Translations under genes and position numbers: made by a program
Notes under the pieces: model-generated
Seen by the model: the letters and a program-made list of their open reading frames with translations, nothing else
Database searches by the model: none
What the model was told of the DNA's origin: nothing
Assembly: GCA_040389905.1 (NCBI GenBank)
Contig: JAZJZK010000005.1
Span: forward strand, 128,001-192,000
DNA from: Gemmatimonadota bacterium
GTDB taxonomy: Bacteria > Gemmatimonadota > Gemmatimonadetes > Gemmatimonadales > Gemmatimonadaceae
Direction of reading: 5' to 3'
Length of the DNA: 64,000 nucleotides
Shown here: positions 39,901 to 48,916 of the stretch, in pieces
Position numbering within the stretch: position 1 is the first letter of the stretch
Layout of the letters: each line of letters begins with the position of its first letter

Positions 39901-40908
39901 ATGCGCCCGCTCGCGATCGCACTCGCTTTCACGCTGCCCCTTTCACTCTCGGCACAGCAAGGCAAAGTCGGCGCGTCAGAACCGAAGACGTACGACACGC
40001 CCTGGACCAACACGAGGCCGCGCGACCCCTACGTAGCGCCGAGCGGGCACGTGTGGTTCGTAGGACAAACGGGCAATTACGTCGCGAACCTCAATCCCAA
40101 GACGGGCGAGTTCAAGCGCTTCGAAATCGAGGAGGGCACGAATCCGCACAACCTCGTTGTCGATGCGAAAGGGACGGTGTGGTTCACCGGCAACGCGAAT
40201 GGACGCATCCTGAGAATGGATCCAGCGTCGGGCAAGGTGACGACGTTCATGATGCCGGATCCCGCAGTGAAGGATCCACACACCATGATCTTCGACAAGA
40301 AGGGCGACGCGTGGTTCACGGCACAGAATTCCGGATTCGTGGGGCGACTCACGCAGGCGGACGGCAAGATTCGCCTCTGGAAGATGGACGCCGGCTCTCG
40401 TCCGTATGGCATCTGGCTCGACTCGCATGATACCCCGTGGTTTGACCTGTTCGGGACCAACAAGCTCGGGACGATCGATCCCAAGTCGGGGGAGTTCAAG
40501 GCCGTACCGTTGCCGAACGAGCGCACGAGACCACGCCGCATCGCGATCACGCCCGATGACGTCGTCTGGTACGGCGACTACACGCGCGGAATGCTCGGGC
40601 GGCTCGATCCGAAGAGCGGCGCCGTCGAAGAGTTCGCGCTACCATCGGGAGCGGGGTCTCTGCCCTATGCAATGACCGTCGATGATCGCGGACGCATCTG
40701 GCTCGCGGAGACCGGGGTTCAGCCGAACCGGCTTGTTGCCTTCGATCCCGCTCGCCGCGCCTTCACGGAGAACGTGCCCATCGCCGCCGAGGGCAACAAC
40801 GCGATCCGGCACATGGTGTTCGACAAGAAGACTCGGCAAATCTGGTTCGGTGGCGACGCCAACATGATTGGGCGGTTGAACGTGTCCGCTCCGCCGCTCA
40901 TCCCCTGA
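39901..40908 (+). CDS. Secreted Vgb-like (virginiamycin B lyase family) beta-propeller protein
   Basis: Signal peptide; repeated blades P(H/Y)x(I/L)xxDxxGxxWF...G(R/T)(L/I)DP. Confidence 0.82.
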   Translation: MRPLAIALAFTLPLSLSAQQGKVGASEPKTYDTPWTNTRPRDPYVAPSGHVWFVGQTGNYVANLNPKTGEFKRFEIEEGTNPHNLVVDAKGTVWFTGNANGRILRMDPASGKVTTFMMPDPAVKDPHTMIFDKKGDAWFTAQNSGFVGRLTQADGKIRLWKMDAGSRPYGIWLDSHDTPWFDLFGTNKLGTIDPKSGEFKAVPLPNERTRPRRIAITPDDVVWYGDYTRGMLGRLDPKSGAVEEFALPSGAGSLPYAMTVDDRGRIWLAETGVQPNRLVAFDPARRAFTENVPIAAEGNNAIRHMVFDKKTRQIWFGGDANMIGRLNVSAPPLIP

Positions 40909-41755
40909 CGACCAGCCGGCGCAGCCGACGTCCAATCCGCTCGAGTAAACGGGGAAACACGAGGCTCTCAGGCTCGGTGATCGTGTCGAAATGGGCAATG
41001 CGACCGATATAGCGCGCCGAGAAGCCGACGCCGCTGCACACGTTGCCGACGATCGCGCCGCAACGGGACAGCGCGAAGAGGTCGACGAAGAAATCCGTCG
41101 CGTCGGTCTGGCGAAGCCGATCGGGATGGAACGCGGCATCATGCACGAACACCGGCACTCCCAGGGTGCTGAGGCGTTCCATCCAATCGTGTCTCCCCTC
41201 GGCGGAATCGCTGGCGATGAAAACACTATCGATTGCACCGGAGCTCACCTTGCGGCGAACGTGCTGTTCCATCGCCTGGTCTCCGCGCGCGGATTCCTGT
41301 GGTGAAAGTTCATAGCGGCTTGGCCATTCTCGCACCTTGTCCGTTCGCCGCACATGTACGCCAAGCGTCCGCCGCGATACCGGCAAGGCGTCGAGAAGCG
41401 CCCGGACCGCTGGCTTCGGCTGAATGAGCGTGTACGAATCGATCCAATGGTGAAGGAAGTCGACAGCAGTGACATCGAGACCGGCCGGGAGATGTTTCTG
41501 CGCGCTGTCCAGCGCGGGACTCGCATGCGGCGTAAGGCTTCTGCTCCCGGCAGGTGGGGTCCCCTCAAAGGGGCGCAGCTCGAGACCGTCGAATTCGATC
41601 GAATCGCACATCCGGTAGGGACAGTGCTTCGAGGGCGGTTCGTGGAGTTCGAGTAACGCATCGCCGCTCAGGCGCGCGACCGCCATGAAATAGGTAACGG
41701 CCCGCAGCCGGTCACAAAGTCCGTGGTCCCGCGATATGGTGAGATCGACGATCAT
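40898..41755 (-). CDS. Putative fucosyltransferase (NodZ/GT23/GT11-like fold)
   Basis: GLCDRL near the N-terminus, GVHVRRTDK, FIASD, DLFALSRC motifs. Confidence 0.7.
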   Translation of the reverse strand: MIVDLTISRDHGLCDRLRAVTYFMAVARLSGDALLELHEPPSKHCPYRMCDSIEFDGLELRPFEGTPPAGSRSLTPHASPALDSAQKHLPAGLDVTAVDFLHHWIDSYTLIQPKPAVRALLDALPVSRRTLGVHVRRTDKVREWPSRYELSPQESARGDQAMEQHVRRKVSSGAIDSVFIASDSAEGRHDWMERLSTLGVPVFVHDAAFHPDRLRQTDATDFFVDLFALSRCGAIVGNVCSGVGFSARYIGRIAHFDTITEPESLVFPRLLERIGRRLRRLVVRG

Positions 41756-41823
41756 CCGGAATCCTACACGTCGAACGGTTGTCCGACATACGCACCGTCG
41801 GAGGCGCTCGCCAAATGAAGCAC

Positions 41824-42552
41824 CTAGCGACCGCTCCGATCGGTCCGTTCCTGGGCCACTGTTCCGGCCAACTCCGCTCGGATCTGTTGACGAATTGCGA
41901 CCGCACGCTTCAGCGCGGCGCGGTAGACGGATAACTGTGCGTCCTTGAAGATCTTGTTTGTGCGAACGAGGTTCCGGAACTGGTCGCGCTTCTGCACGCT
42001 GCGATACACGGCACTCATGCCAGTCGCTTGCTCGGCACCACCCGTCCCCTCCACGAAGGGCGCCGTCTCGTCGAGGTACGGAATGAATCGGTCGAGAATG
42101 AAGTTGCGATTGATCCCATCCCATTCTGCCGTGCGGATGTACTCCCGGTTGTAGAGACTCGTGAGCTCCGAGAGTAGCGCCCGATTCCGGATCAACCGCG
42201 AGCCCGCAAGTTGTTCGAGTTCATGGTACGCCGTCTGTGTTGGAGTGAACACCGCGTAGCTGATGGCCTGATCCATATACGAATCGAGACTGTCTGGAGG
42301 CCCTCCAGACAGCAGGCCATTGTACGCGCTGACGATTCGTTCGAGCTGCACGCACCGCTTGGCAAGGTACGCCGAGTCCGCGGTAAGGTTCTCGCCAATG
42401 GCGGTCCAGTGGCGTCGTTCCTCGCGCCGGTCCTCGCGATCGCGTCGCCACTCGTCGAGCGCAAACGAGATCGAGATCCCCGCCACCACGACGAAGAGCT
42501 CGATGATGAGGCGCGGCCAGTCGGTGCGGATGGTCCTTAAGAATCGCTGCAC
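41824..42552 (-). CDS. Membrane-anchored hypothetical protein (DUF6090-like)
   Basis: ELFVVVAGISISFALDEW N-terminal anchor followed by a helical domain. Confidence 0.7.
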   Translation of the reverse strand: MQRFLRTIRTDWPRLIIELFVVVAGISISFALDEWRRDREDRREERRHWTAIGENLTADSAYLAKRCVQLERIVSAYNGLLSGGPPDSLDSYMDQAISYAVFTPTQTAYHELEQLAGSRLIRNRALLSELTSLYNREYIRTAEWDGINRNFILDRFIPYLDETAPFVEGTGGAEQATGMSAVYRSVQKRDQFRNLVRTNKIFKDAQLSVYRAALKRAVAIRQQIRAELAGTVAQERTDRSGR

Positions 42553-42676
42553 GATGCGATGGGATTACGAGTCCAGTCGAAAATCGTACGCCGAGCGCTG
42601 CATTGCCAGAGGACCCACTCGATTGCACTTTCTGGGACGTCCATCGTGGCTCACCGCCTCTCACCAGGATACAAAC

Positions 42677-45600
42677 ATGTTCGCACGGATCGCGTCGTCA
42701 CGACTCGCTTGCGCTGCTCTCTGCGCCGTGGCCCTGCTCCCTGCGCCAGCACGCGCACAGCGAGGTGCGGCAGGGCCGCCGCGAGATTCCATGCAGGAGC
42801 TACTCCCGCTTCGACCGACCCGGACGCTGTCCTTCACGACGAAGGTGGGCAACTGGATGTCCTCGGATGTGAGCTCCGACGGAAAGACCATCGCCTTCGA
42901 CCTGCTCGGCGACATCTACACGATGCCGATTACCGGCGGCAAGGCCACGGCGCTGACGCGCGGCATGGGATTCGATGCGCAACCGCGTTTCTCCCCGGAT
43001 GGAAAGAAGATCGTCTACGTGAGCGATCGGACCGGCGGCTACAACCTCTGGACGATCACCGTGGACAAGAAGGACACGGTGCAGATCACCACGGGTAACA
43101 CGAATACCTACGAGTCGCCGATCTGGACGCCGGACGGCAAGTACATCATTGCGACGCGCGGCTCCAAGCTGTGGCTCTTTCCCGCGTCCGGCGGCGCGGG
43201 CATTCAACTCATTCGCGATTCAACCGCAGCCGGTGGAGCGGGAGGACGTGGGGGCGGCGGCGCGGACGTTGGCCGCGAAGAGGGGCCCGCCTTCGGTAAG
43301 GATCCGCGCTACATCTATTTCGCCGAACGTCGGGGCCGCTGGGTCTACAACACGCCGCTCGGCGACTATGACCTGATGCAGTACGATCGCGAGACCGGAC
43401 GTGTCACGACGAAGGAGAATCGCTGGGGATCCGCTTTTCGTCCGACGCTTTCGCCCGACGGAAAGTGGCTCGTCTACGGAACGCGCTACGTCGATCAGAC
43501 TCGCCTTCGCATCCGGAATCTCACGACGAACGAAGAGGAGTGGTTAACGGGGCCCGTCCAGCGCGATGATCAGGAATCGCTCGCGACGCTGGACGTCTAT
43601 CCCGGCATGAGCTTCACGCCCGACTCGAAGTATCTCGTCACGACCTGGAGCGGCAAGTTCTGGAAAGTTGCCGTCGACACGAAGCAGGCAACCGAAATCC
43701 CGTTCGAAGCCGACGTGTTCCAGGCGCTGGGACCAAAGGTCGCGTTCGATTATCGGATTCCGGACTCGACGACCTTTGTCATCAAGCAGATCCGCGATGC
43801 CGTTCCCAGCCCTGACGGGAAGAAGCTCGCGTTCGTTGCGCTCGATCGGTTGTACGTGATGGATTATCCGAACGGTACACCGAAGCGCCTCACGAATGTC
43901 GATCGCGGCGAGTTCGAGCCGGCATGGAGTCCGGACGGGCAATGGATCGCGTACACGACGTGGGACGACAGCATTGGCTATCTCAATCGAATGCGGAGCG
44001 ATGGCACCGGCCGTCCTCAGCGCGTGACCCCGCAGGAAGGGCTGTGGACGAACCCCGTGTACACGCCGAACGGGACGCGCATCGTCGCCACGAGAGCGCC
44101 ATCGCGCGCATTTCGCACGGCGGCCAGCGGCGGAGGTGGCCGAGGTGGTGGGGGTGGAGAACTCATGTGGATCCCCGCCGGTGGTGGACCATCGACCTTC
44201 ATCGCCGACGCCGCGGGCGACGTGCATTTCAGCGCACGTGATACCTCCCGCATTTTCGGCTACTCTGGCGGTCGAGGTCTCTACTCGATGCGCTGGGACG
44301 GAACGGACATCAAGCAGATCCTTCGTATCACGGGCGCCGCTCCAGCTGGCGGCGGCGGTGGCGGGCGTGGCGGCGGCGCCGCGTGGGCACAGATTTCACC
44401 AGACGGTCAGCACGTGCTCGCGCAGATCAACACCGATCTCTATTACATCCCTGACATTCCCTGGCCTGGCGGCGCGGAGCCGACAATCTCGGTTGGCGAA
44501 GGTCGAGGCGGCGGGGGAGGAGACGCCGCGGGTGGCGGTGGTCAGGCCTTCCCGTCGCGCAAGCTGACGGACATCGGCGCACAGTTCCCGCATTGGGGTG
44601 CAGACGGCAACACGATTCATTGGTCCATCGGCAACGCGCACGCCGTGTATGACGTCGCACGCGCTATGGCGTTCGATGATTCTGTCCGCAAAGCCAACCC
44701 GGCACGCGCCGGGGGTGGTGGTGGCGCCGGCGCCGATTCGACGGGAGACGCTGGAGGCGGACGTGGCGGGCGAGGTGGCAGGCCTCCTCTTCCGACGTAC
44801 AAGGCCGTTGAGACGCGAATTCGCGTCAACGCCGAACGCGACATTCCGAAGGCGACGGCCGTTCTGAAAGGCGCTCGCATCATCACGATGAACGGCAATC
44901 AGATCATCGAGCGCGGGGACATCGTCATCACCAACAACAAGATCACCGCGGTTGGACCCAGTGGCACGCTCGCTGTTCCATCAGGAGCGCGCGAGATCGA
45001 CGTCAGCGGGAAAACGATTGCGCCCGGATTCGTGGACACGCACGCGCACCTTCGTGTCGCGAACAACGTCCACCGCGATCCCGTGTGGAGCTACGCTGCG
45101 AACCTCGCGTACGGTGTCACAACGGCACGCGATCCACAGACCGGATCGACGGACGTCCTGACGTACGAGGACCAGGAGAAGGCCGGAAAGGTTCTCGCGC
45201 CGCGCATCTACTCGACGGGCCCCGGCGTTTTTGCCGCTGAGAATATCCGGAGCCTCGAGAACGCACGAACGGTGCTCAAACGCTACGCCGAGTACTACGA
45301 CACCAAGACCATCAAGGAGTATCAGACCGGCAATCGTGAAGTCCGGCAGTGGGTCATCCAGGCCGCCAATGAGCTGAAGCTCATGCCGACGACGGAAGGT
45401 GGCCTCGACGTCAAGATGAACATGACGGAAGCCATCGACGGGTACAGTGGCCACGAGCATACGATTCCGACGTACCCACTGCAGTCTGACGTGATTCGCT
45501 TGCTTACGGAATCCGGCATCACCTACACCCCGACGATCATCGTCGCGTACGGCGCGCCGTGGGGCGAGAACTACTGGTACGAGCACATGGACCTGCTCCA

Positions 45601-46156
45601 CGATGCGAAGCTGCAACTCTTCACGCCATGGAGTGACCTCGAGAGCAAAATCCTGCGTCGCGGCGGCTCGCCAGGAGCCGTTACGACGATGGCGCAGGCC
45701 GGATGGTTCCACGACACCCAATATCCGATGAAGCTCGTCGGCGGCGACATCAAGCACCTCATCGATGCAGGCGGCAATGCGGGTGTCGGTTCACACGGCC
45801 AGCAGCAAGGTATCGGCTATCACTGGGAGCTGTGGAACCTCGGTATGGGCGACGGCATGACGCCCATGGACGCCCTCAAGATCGCAACCACACTCGGCGC
45901 GAACGCCCTCGGACTCGGCAAGGATGTCGGGTCGATCGAGGTCGGCAAGATGGCCGACCTCGTGGTGTTCGACCGCAACCCGCTCGACAACCTGCAGAAC
46001 ACGTCGTCTCTGAAATACGTGATGAAGAATGGCAGGCTCTACGACGCGACCAACCTCGACGAGGTGTATCCGCGGAAGGTGAAAGGCGCGCCGTTCCCGT
46101 GGAACGAGGACGAGTCGCCCACGCGCGACAAGCTCAAGGCGACACTGCCGAAATAG
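42677..46156 (+). CDS. Secreted TolB-like (PD40) propeller fused to an amidohydrolase
   Basis: Repeated SPDG blades; GFVDTHAH, TTEG, HEH, GSHG, GSIEVGKMADL. Confidence 0.9.
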   Translation: MFARIASSRLACAALCAVALLPAPARAQRGAAGPPRDSMQELLPLRPTRTLSFTTKVGNWMSSDVSSDGKTIAFDLLGDIYTMPITGGKATALTRGMGFDAQPRFSPDGKKIVYVSDRTGGYNLWTITVDKKDTVQITTGNTNTYESPIWTPDGKYIIATRGSKLWLFPASGGAGIQLIRDSTAAGGAGGRGGGGADVGREEGPAFGKDPRYIYFAERRGRWVYNTPLGDYDLMQYDRETGRVTTKENRWGSAFRPTLSPDGKWLVYGTRYVDQTRLRIRNLTTNEEEWLTGPVQRDDQESLATLDVYPGMSFTPDSKYLVTTWSGKFWKVAVDTKQATEIPFEADVFQALGPKVAFDYRIPDSTTFVIKQIRDAVPSPDGKKLAFVALDRLYVMDYPNGTPKRLTNVDRGEFEPAWSPDGQWIAYTTWDDSIGYLNRMRSDGTGRPQRVTPQEGLWTNPVYTPNGTRIVATRAPSRAFRTAASGGGGRGGGGGELMWIPAGGGPSTFIADAAGDVHFSARDTSRIFGYSGGRGLYSMRWDGTDIKQILRITGAAPAGGGGGGRGGGAAWAQISPDGQHVLAQINTDLYYIPDIPWPGGAEPTISVGEGRGGGGGDAAGGGGQAFPSRKLTDIGAQFPHWGADGNTIHWSIGNAHAVYDVARAMAFDDSVRKANPARAGGGGGAGADSTGDAGGGRGGRGGRPPLPTYKAVETRIRVNAERDIPKATAVLKGARIITMNGNQIIERGDIVITNNKITAVGPSGTLAVPSGAREIDVSGKTIAPGFVDTHAHLRVANNVHRDPVWSYAANLAYGVTTARDPQTGSTDVLTYEDQEKAGKVLAPRIYSTGPGVFAAENIRSLENARTVLKRYAEYYDTKTIKEYQTGNREVRQWVIQAANELKLMPTTEGGLDVKMNMTEAIDGYSGHEHTIPTYPLQSDVIRLLTESGITYTPTIIVAYGAPWGENYWYEHMDLLHDAKLQLFTPWSDLESKILRRGGSPGAVTTMAQAGWFHDTQYPMKLVGGDIKHLIDAGGNAGVGSHGQQQGIGYHWELWNLGMGDGMTPMDALKIATTLGANALGLGKDVGSIEVGKMADLVVFDRNPLDNLQNTSSLKYVMKNGRLYDATNLDEVYPRKVKGAPFPWNEDESPTRDKLKATLPK

Positions 46157-46167
46157 GAGGAGATCGC

Positions 46168-46674
46168 TTGGCTGATACGGAATGGTGGCAGCGTGGGCCG
46201 GTGGACGGTGTTCCGCCCGCGCTGCAGCCCGTTGCGCATATCCTGCTTCAGGTGCGCGAGAGTGTGCATGAACTGGTCGAGGGCTTATCGGACGAGCAAT
46301 GGAATGCTCGCCCCGCAGGAGTCGCTTCCGCGGCCTTTCACGTGCGCCACATCGCGGGCGTCGTGGACCGATTGTTCACGTATGCGCGCGGATCCGGTCT
46401 TTCGGAGGAGCAGTTTGCCGCGCTGCGAGCGGATCAGCTGCCCGTTCTCGTCGATGATGTACCCATTATCATGACGGCGCTCGACGACCGCATTGAGGCA
46501 GCCGTCGCCGAACTGCGCAGGGTCGACCCCGCGACGCTCGGCGACTGGCGCGGTGTGGGCCGTGCGCAACTACCGTCCACCGTCATCGGCTGCCTTGTGC
46601 ACGGCGCGGAACACGCCATGCGTCACGTGGGGCAGCTTTCGGTCACCGTGCGCGTTGTGCGCGGGACGTCCTGA
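46168..46674 (+). CDS. DinB family protein
   Basis: SD AGGAGG before TTG; FHVRH, HGAEHAMRHVGQ. Confidence 0.85.
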   Translation: MADTEWWQRGPVDGVPPALQPVAHILLQVRESVHELVEGLSDEQWNARPAGVASAAFHVRHIAGVVDRLFTYARGSGLSEEQFAALRADQLPVLVDDVPIIMTALDDRIEAAVAELRRVDPATLGDWRGVGRAQLPSTVIGCLVHGAEHAMRHVGQLSVTVRVVRGTS

Positions 46675-46679
46675 GCGTT

Positions 46680-46720
46680 GCTTGTTTTGTCGCCCTGAGC
46701 GAAGCGAAGGGCCCGGACCT
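46680..46720 (+). repeat. REP-like element, family B
   Basis: GCTTGTTTTGTCGCCCTGAGCGAAGCGAAGGGCCCGGACCT. Confidence 0.88.
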
Positions 46721-46770
46721 GCCTTGCAGTTCGAGTGGAGCGTTTCGCAAGTATCGATAGCACGGTAGCA

Positions 46771-46940
46771 CCGGCACATTGAACGCGGATTGAGCGGATT
46801 GACCAGCGAAACAGTGATGGGTTCGGGGAGTCACGACAGAAGCAGTTGACCGTGACGTCTTCAAGCAAATGCTTCTCGTGTTTTCACGCTTGATCATTGT
46901 TCTTCTTTTCGATTCGCTCAATCCGCGTTCAAGGTGCCGG
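46771..46940. repeat. Inverted-repeat element, family C
   Basis: CCGGCACATTGAACGCGGATTGAGCGGAT...ATTCGCTCAATCCGCGTTCAAGGTGCCGG. Confidence 0.85.
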
Positions 46941-47094
46941 CGCGCCGACCGACTCGGACCCGGCAGAACGAGCGGAAATTCAGCGCAGGAGCGCGACACT
47001 CAGCACCGCACGACCGCCGGCCGCAGACCACCGGAAGGATCCGTGATTGTCTCTTCGTCAGCATCCGGTGAAGTTATCTGGAGACCCGACGGAC

Positions 47095-47757
47095 ATGACG
47101 ATGAGTGAACGAGTTGGTTTGTACCTCAGAGTGACGCCGGGGCCGGGCGTCCTCCATCAGTTGACTGGCGTGATTGCGCGGCATGGCGGCGATATCGTAT
47201 CGGTTGACATAGCGAGCGGCGCCGGGGACGAAGCCCGCGTCAACTTCGAGATCATCGTCGATGGCGATGCAGCGCCGCTCGTCGGCGAACTCGACGCCTT
47301 GGCGATCGTCCACGAAGTGCAGCGCGTAAACACGCTTCAGCAAGTCTACGGAAAACGGATCATCATCATGGGGGGCGGCGCACAGGTGGGGCAGGTCGCC
47401 ATCGGCGCCATCTCGGAAGCGGACCGGCACAACATCCGCGGTGAACGCATTTCGGTGGACACGATTCCCCTCGTTGGCGAGCAACCGCTCGCCGACGCGG
47501 TACGCGCCGTTGCCCGGCTGCCGCGCGCTCGTGCACTGGTGCTCGCCGGTTCATTGATGGGCGGTGACATCGAACGCGCGGTGCGCGAGGTTCGCACACA
47601 AGGGCTGTTGGTCGTCAGCCTCAACATGGCGGGGAGCGTTCCCGACGCGGCGGATCTCGTGGTCACGGATCCGGTGCAGGCCGGCGTCATGACCGTCATG
47701 GCTATTGCCGATACGGCGCGGTTCAACGTCGAACGTTTGCAGCGTCGAGTGTTCTGA
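47095..47757 (+). CDS. ACT domain + DUF5612 protein
   Basis: N-terminal ACT (PGVLHQLTGVIARHGGDI); YGKRIIIMGGGAQV, EADRHNIRGERISVDTIP, LAGSLMGG, DPVQAG. Confidence 0.8.
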   Translation: MTMSERVGLYLRVTPGPGVLHQLTGVIARHGGDIVSVDIASGAGDEARVNFEIIVDGDAAPLVGELDALAIVHEVQRVNTLQQVYGKRIIIMGGGAQVGQVAIGAISEADRHNIRGERISVDTIPLVGEQPLADAVRAVARLPRARALVLAGSLMGGDIERAVREVRTQGLLVVSLNMAGSVPDAADLVVTDPVQAGVMTVMAIADTARFNVERLQRRVF

Positions 47758-47775
47758 GGCCGGCGCGCAACCCTG

Positions 47776-47891
47776 TTGTCATCCCGAGCGAAGTCGAGGG
47801 ATATGCACGTTCAGTCTGGGTTTGTGGTGCAGACCCCTCGACTCGCGGAGCCTGCCCTGAGCGTAGCGAATGGGCTCGCTCGGGGTGACAA
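47776..47891. repeat. Family A repeat with a nested family-B-like hairpin in its right arm
   Basis: TTGTCATCCCGAGCGAAGTCGAGGGAT...CTCGACTCGC[GGAGCCTGCCCTGAGCGTAGCGAATGGG]CTCGCTCGGGGTGACAA. Confidence 0.88.
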
Positions 47892-47914
47892 ATCGTTTAC
47901 AAGACGGCAGCGTC

Positions 47915-48313
47915 CTACCGGACGGCGACGAAACCGCGCTCGCGGAGCAGCGCGCGATCGAACGTCGCTACGGTGTCGCACTCAGCGGCTCGCGCGTGCT
48001 CGCGGATGAGATAGTCAGCGAAATCACCCTTGCCCGTCTCGAAGGCATCGAGCGCGCGGATCAACTCGTCTGCCGCGCGGAATCTCAGGTGCCGTGCGCG
48101 AAAGAGATTTCGGAGCACGCTCGCGACCTCCTTTCGCCCGACGCGATAGCTGACGGACATCACCCAGACAATCTCACACACCACCACGTCGGACACGAAG
48201 AGCGTCTCGTCCTCGGCGATGGCGCGATCGATGAGCGACGCCGCCAACGCTCCCTGCTTTGCGTCGTCGTCGACCAGATACCGGACGAGGACGTTGGTGT
48301 CCAGCGCGATCAC
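47915..48313 (-). CDS. vapC: PIN-domain toxin (VapC)
   Basis: LDTNVLVR, conserved E, DFAD, TFD acidic residues; overlaps the antitoxin stop. Confidence 0.9.
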   Translation of the reverse strand: MIALDTNVLVRYLVDDDAKQGALAASLIDRAIAEDETLFVSDVVVCEIVWVMSVSYRVGRKEVASVLRNLFRARHLRFRAADELIRALDAFETGKGDFADYLIREHARAAECDTVATFDRALLRERGFVAVR

Positions 48314-48549
48314 GTCCCCGATCCGCCCCGACGCACGGCGTCGTTCATCTGCTCGATGCTGACGTGGCGTCCGCCGGCCTTCACGATACCACGCAACGAC
48401 GGAAGATCCACCGTCTCCGCCTCGACCGTGACGGTGCCGTCGTCATGGATGACGAAGCTCATTCGGTCACCGGCCTGCAACTGCAGCGTCTCGCGCACCA
48501 CCTTCGGTACCGTGATCTGTCCCTTGCTCGTGATCTTGCTGCCGCTCAT
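48310..48549 (-). CDS. vapB: AbrB/MazE-type antitoxin (VapB)
   Basis: KITSKGQITVPKVVRETL; SD GGAGG. Confidence 0.9.
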   Translation of the reverse strand: MSGSKITSKGQITVPKVVRETLQLQAGDRMSFVIHDDGTVTVEAETVDLPSLRGIVKAGGRHVSIEQMNDAVRRGGSGT

Positions 48550-48585
48550 CCTTACCTCCGATACTATTCCTTACACAAGGTAATG
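48550..48585 (-). promoter_or_regulatory. Putative vapBC autoregulatory operator
   Basis: Two TCCTTAC direct repeats and palindrome CCTT-ACAC-AAGG just upstream of the antitoxin. Confidence 0.45.
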
Positions 48586-48615
48586 CCACCACGACAGGTT
48601 GCCAATACCGATCCA

Positions 48616-48795
48616 CTACGTCGTCGAGCGAATCGTGGCCAAACGCAATGCCCACCCACAGAGCGCCGCCGCGACAACGGTAATTGCGACGAACGGCGGC
48701 TTGGCCACCCCGCTGCCCTCGACGAAAATGCGCCACACGTGTGCCGCGGCGAGCAAGCCAAAAACAACTCCAGTCGTGATGACATAGGCTCTCAT
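48616..48795 (-). CDS. Small two-TM membrane protein
   Basis: MRAYVITTGVVFGLLAAAHVWR...; SD GGAG. Confidence 0.7.
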   Translation of the reverse strand: MRAYVITTGVVFGLLAAAHVWRIFVEGSGVAKPPFVAITVVAAALCGWALRLATIRSTT

Positions 48796-48916
48796 CTGGG
48801 TAGCTCCGGTCTGAAGAAGAGGGTGGCGGCGAGATAACAAATCCTTATGTCTGTTGGCCCGAACCGCAACAGCATACGGCATCGACGTTCCTCTCGATTG
48901 GTGGTAAGCTACGCGA

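Noticed and set aside
39901..40908. Streptogramin B resistance gene vgb
   Set aside because: Only the propeller fold is supported; it has a signal peptide and I could not verify catalytic residues
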